Below the pieces are notes generated by a model. It had not been told where the DNA came from. It was given only the letters and a program-made list of their open reading frames with translations, and made no database searches. The position numbers and the translations under genes were made by a program. From contig JAHJTG010000005.1 of NCBI GenBank assembly GCA_018829965.1, positions 49,558 through 113,557 on the forward strand: a DNA stretch of 64,000 nucleotides, read 5' to 3'. The stretch's first letter is position 1. The number at the start of each line of letters is the position of its first letter. The DNA comes from Patescibacteria group bacterium (GTDB lineage Bacteria > Patescibacteriota > Minisyncoccia > Minisyncoccales > Staskawiczbacteraceae). Positions 56,299 through 64,000 of this stretch are shown here, in pieces.

Positions 56299-58753
56299 TA
56301 GCAACAAGGTTTATTAACTTACCTAATATAAATATTATTTTCTTAACTTCTTTACCTTCAATCCATTTCTTGATCTTCTCGCTGTTTAAAGCAAGCTTCT
56401 CCGCCTCTTTTTGGGTAATATCAGAATCAACCTCTATTTTATCGCGCACACTGCCATTAATCTGAATAATTAATAACACTCTTTCCCTCTTAATTAATTC
56501 AGAATCATATTTAGGCCACTCTTGTTCACAACAAAACCCTTTAAATCCCGCCTGCTTCCAGAGCTCTTCAGATATATGAGGAGCAAATGGTGAGAATAAG
56601 ATTAATAGCTTTTCAATTGTATCTTTACCAACTTCGTTTTGATGACTGCTAATAAAATTCAGAAATTCCATAAAAGCAGCCACTGATGTATTAAACTTCG
56701 CTGCTTCCAAGTAGCTACCTATTTTTTTAATCAAACGATTTAAAGCTGATTCTACTTCTTTACTGCTTTTTTTACTATTGCAACCTAAAATCAAATCCCA
56801 GAATCTCTCTAAAAATCTCCTACATCCCTTTATTCCTTGAGTATTCCATGCAATCGCTTGATCAAACGGCCCCATAAACATTTCGTAAAGCCTTAAAGTA
56901 TCTGCGCCGTATTCTTTCACAATATTGTCAGGATTTACCACATTGCCCCATGACTTTGACATTTTCCTGCTGTCCTCAGCTAAAACCATCCCGTGAGATG
57001 TTCTTTTAGCATAAGGCTCTGATTGCGGAGCGACTTTAATATCATATAAAAATTTGTACCAAAAACGAGAGTACAATAAATGGAGAGTCGTATGTTCCAT
57101 CCCCCCGTTATACCAATCAACCGGCATCCAATATTTCAATTTTGCGGAATCAGTCAATTCCTTATTATTCTTCGGGTCAATGTATCGCATGAAATACCAA
57201 GAAGAACCTGCCCAATTCGGCATAGTGTCTGTTTCTCTCTTAGCCGATCCTTTGCATTTCGGACATTTTACGTTTACCCATTTTGAAATAGCTGATAAAG
57301 GAGATTCGCCAGTTCCTGTCGGCTGATAATTCTTAACAAAAGGTAGTTTCACCGGCAAATCTTTTTCTGGAACTGGCCACATTCCTTGCCCGCCGTAGCC
57401 TTGGCGAAGGTGGGCGCACTTCTCGCAATGAACAATAGGTATTGGCTCGCCCCAATAATGCTGTCTTGAAAATACCCAATCGCGAAGCTTGTATTGAATT
57501 GTTTTTTTGCCTAAACTATTTAGCTCCAGCCATTTTGTAATCTTTTCAATTGCTTCTTCAGATTTTAGCCCATTGAATTCTCCTGAATTAATCAAAACTC
57601 CATATTCTTCGTAAGCCATTTCGCATCCGTGTAAATCCGTTTTCTTATCTGTGTCAATCTGTGGCGCTATAACTTCCCGCATGGGAAGATTATAGCGCTT
57701 AGCAAACTTGTAATCCCTGCTATCATGAGCCGGAACCATCATTACTGCTCCTCCGCCATAAGTTGCCACGACATAATCTCCTATCCAAATCGGCACTTTT
57801 CCTCCGTTTAAAGGATTAATGCAATAAGAGCCAGTGAAAACTCCTGTCTTCTCTTTTTCCAATTCTATTCTTTCAAATTCGCTTTTAAGCTTAGACTGTT
57901 TAATATATTCTTTGACCTTAGCTTCGTTTTCTTTTGTAATAATTTCTAAGGCCAATGGATTTTCCGGAGCTAAAACAACAGCAGTTACTCCGAAGATAGT
58001 ATCTACCCTTGTTGTAAAAACAGTTATTTTCTTTTCCGAGTTTTCTATTTTGAAATCAACTTCTGCTCCAAAGCTTTTCCCTATCCAGTTTATCTGCTGA
58101 GTTTTTATCTTTTCTAAATAATTAACATTATCTAAGTCTTTTATCAGACGATCTGCGTATTTAGTAATCTTTAGCATCCATTGTTCTTTTTCTTTCTGCT
58201 CTCCTTGAGTTCCGCATCTTTCACATTTGCCATTAACTACTTCTTCATTCGCTAATCCGGTTTTGCAAGAAGGACACCAATTAATCGGCATTCTCTTTTT
58301 ATACGTCAATCCATTCTCAAAAAGCTTTAAGAATATCCACTGAGTCCATTTATAGTATTTAGGGTCGGTTGTATTAATCTCTCTTTGCCAATCAAAAGAA
58401 AGACCTAAGCTTTTTAATTGGCGCTTGAAGGTAGCAATATTTTTCTTTACCGTAACTGAAGGATGAATACCTGTTTTAATGGCATAATTCTCTGCCGGCA
58501 AACCAAAAGCATCCCAACCGATTGGAAACAAGACATTGAATCCTTCCATTCTCTTTTTCCGAGCAACTGCATCTAAAGCCGTGTAGCTTCTTACATGCCC
58601 TACGTGCAAACCCTCGCCAGAAGGATAAGGGAATTCGATTAAAACATAAAACTTCGGCCTCTTTGACTTATCCTTTGCCTGAAAAACCTTTCCTTTTTCC
58701 CAGATTTTCTGCCATTTCGATTCAATTTTACCAGGATTATATTTTAAAACCAT
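56285..58753 (-). CDS. leuS: leucine--tRNA ligase
   Basis: FPYPSG, HVGH, DWVFSRQHYWGEP, KMSKS; start moved to ATG at 58753. Confidence 0.97.
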   Translation of the reverse strand: MVLKYNPGKIESKWQKIWEKGKVFQAKDKSKRPKFYVLIEFPYPSGEGLHVGHVRSYTALDAVARKKRMEGFNVLFPIGWDAFGLPAENYAIKTGIHPSVTVKKNIATFKRQLKSLGLSFDWQREINTTDPKYYKWTQWIFLKLFENGLTYKKRMPINWCPSCKTGLANEEVVNGKCERCGTQGEQKEKEQWMLKITKYADRLIKDLDNVNYLEKIKTQQINWIGKSFGAEVDFKIENSEKKITVFTTRVDTIFGVTAVVLAPENPLALEIITKENEAKVKEYIKQSKLKSEFERIELEKEKTGVFTGSYCINPLNGGKVPIWIGDYVVATYGGGAVMMVPAHDSRDYKFAKRYNLPMREVIAPQIDTDKKTDLHGCEMAYEEYGVLINSGEFNGLKSEEAIEKITKWLELNSLGKKTIQYKLRDWVFSRQHYWGEPIPIVHCEKCAHLRQGYGGQGMWPVPEKDLPVKLPFVKNYQPTGTGESPLSAISKWVNVKCPKCKGSAKRETDTMPNWAGSSWYFMRYIDPKNNKELTDSAKLKYWMPVDWYNGGMEHTTLHLLYSRFWYKFLYDIKVAPQSEPYAKRTSHGMVLAEDSRKMSKSWGNVVNPDNIVKEYGADTLRLYEMFMGPFDQAIAWNTQGIKGCRRFLERFWDLILGCNSKKSSKEVESALNRLIKKIGSYLEAAKFNTSVAAFMEFLNFISSHQNEVGKDTIEKLLILFSPFAPHISEELWKQAGFKGFCCEQEWPKYDSELIKRERVLLIIQINGSVRDKIEVDSDITQKEAEKLALNSEKIKKWIEGKEVKKIIFILGKLINLVAIDKR

Positions 58754-58800
58754 ATTATTAAATATAATAACACGAACAATATTCTTTAAAAAGGTTCCTT

Positions 58801-58829
58801 TTGACAAAATTATACTTTTGCGGTATTGT
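58801..58829 (+). promoter_or_regulatory. sigma70-type promoter of accA
   Basis: TTGACA-17 nt-TATTGT. Confidence 0.6.
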
Positions 58830-58894
58830 TTACATAAATAGCGTTAATAAACTAGAATTTTGTTCTTTTACTTTTTTAAGAAGGGATATAAATA

Positions 58895-59863
58895 ATGAAA
58901 TCGAATGGAGAATATCTTGATTTTGAAGAAACTATTAAGGCGATAGACGAAAGAATAGCAGAACTATTAAAAGAAAGCTCTCAACACGGAATTGATTACT
59001 CAGCTGAAATCCGCAAACTTCAACAACTGCAAATAATAGAGCTCCAGCAAATCTATTCAAACCTCACCGCCTGGCAAACAGTTCAAGTCGCAAGACATCC
59101 TCAAAGACCTATCTTAGGAGACTATTTAAATTTAATGGTAAAGGATTTCCGCCAGCTTCACGGCGACAGATGTTTCGGCGATGACCCAGCAATAATCTGC
59201 GGCACCGGTCATATCGGCAGAGAAAAGTTTTTAGTTATAGGCCAAAACAAGGGTCGCGATACAAAAGAAAAGATAAAATGTAATTTTGGATGTCCCAATC
59301 CTGAAGGCTATCGCAAGGCTCTTGCCAAGATGAAATTCGCTGAGAAATTCAACATCCCAGTGGTGACCCTGATTGACACACCAGGCGCTTATCCAGGTAT
59401 CGGTGCCGAAGAACGAGGCCAAGCTCGAGCTATTGCCGTAAATCTTATGGAAATGTCGAGACTGCGAGTACCGATCATATGTATAGTTATCGGTGAAGGC
59501 GGTTCAGGTGGCGCATTAGGTATTGGCGTAGGTGATCGAATGGCTATGCTTGAATTTGCTTATTGCTCTGTTATCTCTCCCGAAGGTTGTGCGGCAATTT
59601 TATGGAGAAACGGCTCAGAGGCACAAAAAGCTGCAGAGGCTTTAAAGCTCACGAGTAAAGACTTATTTAAGCTCAAATTAATGGATAAGATTATTTCTGA
59701 ACCTCTTGGTGGTGCCCATAGAAATATATATGAAACCATCTTTAATGTTAAAAAATACATTATTAAAACCATTAAAGAGCTCAAATCTTTATCGGCTGAA
59801 ACTCTAGTTAAAAACCGCTACCAAAAACTGCGCTTGATTGGCACAAAAGCAGTTCTTTATTAA
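58895..59863 (+). CDS. accA: acetyl-CoA carboxylase carboxyltransferase alpha subunit
   Basis: ARHPQRP, LHGDR, PEGYRKA, DTPGAYPGIGAEERGQ, GEGGSGGAL, SVISPEGCAAILW. Confidence 0.95.
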   Translation: MKSNGEYLDFEETIKAIDERIAELLKESSQHGIDYSAEIRKLQQLQIIELQQIYSNLTAWQTVQVARHPQRPILGDYLNLMVKDFRQLHGDRCFGDDPAIICGTGHIGREKFLVIGQNKGRDTKEKIKCNFGCPNPEGYRKALAKMKFAEKFNIPVVTLIDTPGAYPGIGAEERGQARAIAVNLMEMSRLRVPIICIVIGEGGSGGALGIGVGDRMAMLEFAYCSVISPEGCAAILWRNGSEAQKAAEALKLTSKDLFKLKLMDKIISEPLGGAHRNIYETIFNVKKYIIKTIKELKSLSAETLVKNRYQKLRLIGTKAVLY

Positions 59864-59894
59864 AAACCTGTTCGTTTTCTGAGCAGGTTTTTTT
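59862..59894. terminator. bidirectional terminator between accA and tatD
   Basis: aaaaacctgttc / gagcaggttttttt. Confidence 0.75.
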
Positions 59895-59916
59895 ATTGCA
59901 AAAATAGCGGATATTA

Positions 59917-60750
59917 TTAAATATTAAATAGAGCTTTTGCGTTTTGAGTTGTTGCTTCTGCTACTTCTTCAAAGTTGATATTTTTAATCTTTGCGATTTC
60001 TTCGGCAATATATTTAACAAAAATGGGTTCGTTTCTTTCCATCTCTACTCCTATTGGTGTTAAATAAGGACAATCAGTCTCAATCAAAATTCTATTTAAA
60101 GGAGTTTTTTCTATAACTTCTTTTAAATCCAACTTGTAAATTATTCCGTTTATGCCGAGGTAAAATCCCATATCCAAATATCTTTTCGCTTGTTCCCAAC
60201 TTCCGGTGAAACAATGGACAACTCCTTTTAATTGAAAATTGAAAATTGAAAATTGAAAATTTAAGACCTCTAAAAGGTCCTCGTGCGCCATTCGGCAATG
60301 TAAAATTACCGGTAAATTTAACTCTTTAGCCAACTCTAATTGTTTCAAAAAAACTTCTTTTTGTTTTTCTTTAAATAATTCCAATTTCTTTTTTGTTTTT
60401 GGTCTGTAATAATAATCCAGGCCTATCTCTCCTATTGCCACCACCTTTTTACTTAAAGCAAGCTCTTTATATTTTTCTTTATCAAACTCCTCGCTTTTAG
60501 CCAAAAAATCCCCTTCTTCGGGATCTGTTTTTATTTTAACTAAATTAGAAGCGTAAATCGGATGCAAGCCAATTGCCGCATATACTCCTTCTTTGTATTC
60601 TTCTGCAATTTCCACCGCCCTTTTGCTCGTCTCATATTTTGACCCGACATTTATCATCCAGATATTTTCATCTAACGTTCTTTTAATAACTTCATCTAAA
60701 TCTCTTTTAAAGGCATTGAAATTAAGATGGCTGTGGGTATCTATTAACAT
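59917..60750 (-). CDS. tatD: TatD family nuclease
   Basis: DTHSH, GLHP, GEIGLD, HCR, HCF, ETDCP. Confidence 0.92.
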   Translation of the reverse strand: MLIDTHSHLNFNAFKRDLDEVIKRTLDENIWMINVGSKYETSKRAVEIAEEYKEGVYAAIGLHPIYASNLVKIKTDPEEGDFLAKSEEFDKEKYKELALSKKVVAIGEIGLDYYYRPKTKKKLELFKEKQKEVFLKQLELAKELNLPVILHCRMAHEDLLEVLNFQFSIFNFQLKGVVHCFTGSWEQAKRYLDMGFYLGINGIIYKLDLKEVIEKTPLNRILIETDCPYLTPIGVEMERNEPIFVKYIAEEIAKIKNINFEEVAEATTQNAKALFNI

Positions 60751-60842
60751 ATAGCTATTATAGAATAATTTTCAGAAATTAAAAAAGCGCGGTGGTTTGC
60801 CATCGCGCTTAACTGTTTCAAAATATTTCTAATTACATCTGG

Positions 60843-61553
60843 TTAATACACCTTTTTTTCTTCGTCCAGAAGATTGCAGAAGACCTTATATGCCTGTTCC
60901 AGTATCTCCGAAGGGTCTGTTGAACAAACTATTCGTTCATAGCGCCATTTCCCATTGTCAACGGATTTACTTCTGCTACCGAGTGTCCATGTCCTGAAGT
61001 CCAACGTAATCTTAATGGGGTTATCATCAGATGGTTTCTTTCCCCTTTTTGTCATGCTTTTATCGCTCTCCCTGAAAAGCATGGAAAACATCTCGACGAA
61101 ACATGAGGATAATATGAAATTGCTTCCCGACAGAAATCGCTCGCCAAATATAGGCAGAACATCCCTTTTTAGATTTTCGGAAGCTTTCTTAATAATCCCT
61201 ACAGCAAATATCCCCCATCTCTCTTTGGCTGTAGGCCCGGAGCAGTAGCGGATAGTCACTTTTTTCGTGCCAGAAAATCTTTTCTGGGAATCATCGTCAA
61301 GTTCTATCGTGACTGCAGACCAACGCTGACCTTTTTCTGCCCAAGCCGGTGTCCAGTAACGATGCCACTCGGACATGTTGACCAAGCTTATGACGCGTCC
61401 TCTCATGTCAGGCCCGCCGGCAACAGGGAAAGTTATGCTATCCAGCTCTTTCGCCCAGCACAAAGCCAGCCTGGTCGCGGTAGGCCCGCAACATCTGTCT
61501 CTGGTGTCGCCATGAACAATAAACAATCTGTCTTGTGGTTTTGAATCAGCCAT
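60843..61553 (-). CDS. hypothetical protein
   Basis: 236-aa ORF with AAGGAG RBS, higher GC than the flanks, no recognised motif. Confidence 0.6.
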   Translation of the reverse strand: MADSKPQDRLFIVHGDTRDRCCGPTATRLALCWAKELDSITFPVAGGPDMRGRVISLVNMSEWHRYWTPAWAEKGQRWSAVTIELDDDSQKRFSGTKKVTIRYCSGPTAKERWGIFAVGIIKKASENLKRDVLPIFGERFLSGSNFILSSCFVEMFSMLFRESDKSMTKRGKKPSDDNPIKITLDFRTWTLGSRSKSVDNGKWRYERIVCSTDPSEILEQAYKVFCNLLDEEKKVY

Positions 61554-61902
61554 TCGGCTTCTCCTTTCACTGCCCGCTTTCCGCCCCGCTTCAACGAGAG
61601 GCTGGCCTTCGGAATTCTCCTAGGGCCGGGCGACCGCGCGCACGCAGGCTCTGTGCCGCGCAGATTTAACAAGATGTATTATCAAAGAACTATTTAAAAA
61701 GTTAACAGGTCCAAACTTTCTTCACAGCGGTTTCAAATATTTCAAACATCACTTCGCCCCTGCCTGTTTTTATAAGCACAAATTCTTTCCCTTTCTTAAA
61801 AAACCATATCTTTTTTTAATCCACTTTTTCATTTTCAAGAATACAATTAAATAAAATTCTTTCTTAATTTATCCTCCTTTCTGGATTTCTATCCATATAA
61901 AA

Positions 61903-61967
61903 TTGTTAAAAAACTTGATTTAATACTTAATTTAATAATCTAACAGGTTTAAAAATCTTTGTCAAAT
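61903..61967 (-). promoter_or_regulatory. 65-bp duplicated promoter/leader, copy A
   Basis: 59/65 identical to 62488-62552; TTGACA-17-TAGATT. Confidence 0.75.
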
Positions 61968-62043
61968 GGTTTTAAAAAGGTTTTAAAAAGGTGGTTTTAA
62001 AAAGGGCTACATAAATGCAGCCCTTTTTTCCTCAAATCTTCCC

Positions 62044-62457
62044 TTACTTATACTTAGGGTCGGGAACATAATTAAACCTAAGATGACCATCTTGTTGTAT
62101 TAATTCACATGTTGTTGGTATCAAGTTAGGGTTCTTCCATGTAATCATGAATTCTAATGGATTTACAGAAGTCATTTTAATTGAAAATATATCATCTTGC
62201 GTAAAAAAGTTTCCATCTGGAACGCCATGCTGAAAACCCAGACAGCATGATTCATCAACCCATAAACCACCTGGTACCACAAAATTAGGATTCGCTATAA
62301 TGCGATGATACTCACGTATAGCGTTTGCAATTCTCATCATCTTTGCTTCTCTTTTTAACCATCTGGCTTTGTTTACCTTTCCCCGTATCACGGGTATTGT
62401 CACCATTGCAATTATAGCCAGAATCACAACAATCAGAATCATCTTTCTCGTTTTCAT
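62044..62457 (-). CDS. pilin/pseudopilin-like protein lacking the prepilin cleavage motif
   Basis: N-terminal hydrophobic helix VILAIIAMVTIP..RGKVNKARW; AAGGA RBS before ATG at 62457. Confidence 0.55.
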   Translation of the reverse strand: MKTRKMILIVVILAIIAMVTIPVIRGKVNKARWLKREAKMMRIANAIREYHRIIANPNFVVPGGLWVDESCCLGFQHGVPDGNFFTQDDIFSIKMTSVNPLEFMITWKNPNLIPTTCELIQQDGHLRFNYVPDPKYK

Positions 62458-62487
62458 AATGTTCCTTTCTAAAATTCCGGTATTCAT

Positions 62488-62552
62488 TTGTTAAAAAACT
62501 TAGTTTAATGCTTAATTTGATAATTTAACAGGTTTAAAAACCTTTGTCAAAT
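62488..62552 (-). promoter_or_regulatory. 65-bp duplicated promoter/leader, copy B
   Basis: TTGACA-17-TAAATT; matches copy A. Confidence 0.75.
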
Positions 62553-62609
62553 TTTTGTGTAAAAAACGCGGTTTGCATCGCGTTTTGATTATTGAGTTAA
62601 CTTTAAAAA

Positions 62610-63998
62610 TTAAATTCGCGGGAATAATAATCCCCCTCTTTCGTTTTTGAATTTTCCTGTTTTTTTATTTGTTTCTATCTCTTTCTCTATTTTTTCAGAA
62701 GTTTCAGGTAAAAACGGAGGCAATAACTCCGAACCTATACAAAATAATGCCTCAAGTAAATTTCTTAAGACTTGCTCATAACCTTTGTTTTTCTCCCACG
62801 GTTCTGTTTCATTTATATATGAATCGCAATAATGAACTATATCCCAAACACAAACTAATGCCTCATTAAATTTAAAATCTTCTATACTGTTTCTATATTT
62901 AATCTTAATCTCTGTTAAATAATCAATTATTTTTTTATCTGGGAAAATTTTCGTAAAATCAACCACTTCTGCCATTACTTTTACTCTCGCAATAAGATTA
63001 CCTATACCTCCTGCTAAATCAGCATTATACCTTCTCTCAAATTTTTCATAAGTAAAGTCGCCATCTTCGGTTGAGGAAATTTCTCGCAAAAGATAATATC
63101 TTAAAGCGTCAGCGCCGTGTTTTTCAATAAGCTCAAAAGGATCAACTACATTCCCTAAAGATTTTGACATTTTTTGTCCGTTGGAGGTTATAAATCCGTG
63201 GACGAATATTGTTTTTGGCAAATCTAAACCTAAAGACAAGAGCATCGCCGGCCAAAAAATAGTATGGAATCTCATTATATCTTTGCCCAAGCAATGAACA
63301 TCTACGGGCCAATATTTTTTGAATTTTTTATCTTCTTTGTAATAACCTATGGCAGATATATAATTCGGCAGTGCGTCACACCAGACATACAGGTACTGCG
63401 AAGGATCCCCAGGCACTTCAAACCCCCAATATTTGTCTTTTGTCCTCGAAAAACTTACATCTTCCAACCCTTGATTTATAAAAGAGAGCGTTTCATTTTT
63501 TCTTGTTTCCGGGACAATTTTTAATTCGCCTGATTCAATCGCTTTCTTTATTCTATCTGCATATTTTGAAAGTCGGAAAAAATAGTTTTCTTCTTCTATT
63601 AATTCTGGCTTTTTATTATGAATCGGACATTTACCATCAACCAAATCTTTTTCTGTGACAAAGGCTTCGCAACCAGCACAGTAAAACCCCCTATATTTCT
63701 TTTTATAAATATCGTCGTTTTCCTCTAGCTTCCTCCAAACTTTTTCTACTGCTGGTTTATGTATTTTTTCATCAGTGGTTCTAATAAAGTCATCATTAGA
63801 AATATTCAAAGCTTTATTTAATTCTCTAAATTTTTCTGATATTTCATCGGCAAATTCTTTTGGCTCTTCCCCTGCATCCCTTGCTGCTCTTAAAGTTTTA
63901 ATGCCATGCTCATCTGTTCCTGTTAAAAAAAACACGTCTTTACCTAAAAGACGATTATAGCGAGCTAAAACATCCGCCTGAACCGCCTCTAAAGCAAA
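62610..63998 (-). CDS. metG: methionine--tRNA ligase (5' part outside the window)
   Basis: GTDEHG, YVWCDAL.NY, GKDI.RFH, KMSKSLGN; frame open to the window edge. Confidence 0.95.
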   Translation of the reverse strand, partial: FALEAVQADVLARYNRLLGKDVFFLTGTDEHGIKTLRAARDAGEEPKEFADEISEKFRELNKALNISNDDFIRTTDEKIHKPAVEKVWRKLEENDDIYKKKYRGFYCAGCEAFVTEKDLVDGKCPIHNKKPELIEEENYFFRLSKYADRIKKAIESGELKIVPETRKNETLSFINQGLEDVSFSRTKDKYWGFEVPGDPSQYLYVWCDALPNYISAIGYYKEDKKFKKYWPVDVHCLGKDIMRFHTIFWPAMLLSLGLDLPKTIFVHGFITSNGQKMSKSLGNVVDPFELIEKHGADALRYYLLREISSTEDGDFTYEKFERRYNADLAGGIGNLIARVKVMAEVVDFTKIFPDKKIIDYLTEIKIKYRNSIEDFKFNEALVCVWDIVHYCDSYINETEPWEKNKGYEQVLRNLLEALFCIGSELLPPFLPETSEKIEKEIETNKKTGKFKNERGGLLFPRI

Positions 63999-64000
63999 CC

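Noticed and set aside
1042-63960. Numerous 60-130 aa ORFs antisense to or overlapping housekeeping genes
   Set aside because: They are shadow ORFs of well-supported genes, with no motifs or RBS.

Overview
AT-rich bacterial chromosome segment. Gene content and style point to Patescibacteria/CPR, probably Parcubacteria (inference). The backbone is housekeeping: rnj, trpS, rpsF-ssb-rpsR, recA, ftsK, rpoBC, nrdDG (nrdD carries an intein), ftsAZ, hisS, pth, dprA, topA, a relA/spoT homolog, glyA, iorAB, leuS, metG and two tRNA-Leu. The main feature is two sibling diversity-generating retroelement (DGR) cassettes at about 34.7-37.5 kb and 53.5-56.3 kb. They share closely related RT and Avd genes and the same unusual layout: target gene, then a stand-alone TR RNA with its own promoter and terminator, then an inverted avd, then RT. 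They also share a ~220-235 nt structured RNA leader that shows compensatory base changes. Their template repeats and target genes, however, do not align at the DNA level, so this looks like one chassis loaded with two different guides. Also present are several families of palindromic or heptamer repeats (some inserted in frame in enzymes), a boxA-like leader motif on accessory genes, a nonsense-interrupted comEC, an atypical tailless FtsZ, and an isolated accA plus a pilin-like gene that may be horizontally acquired. All alignments were done by eye and no database searches were run.
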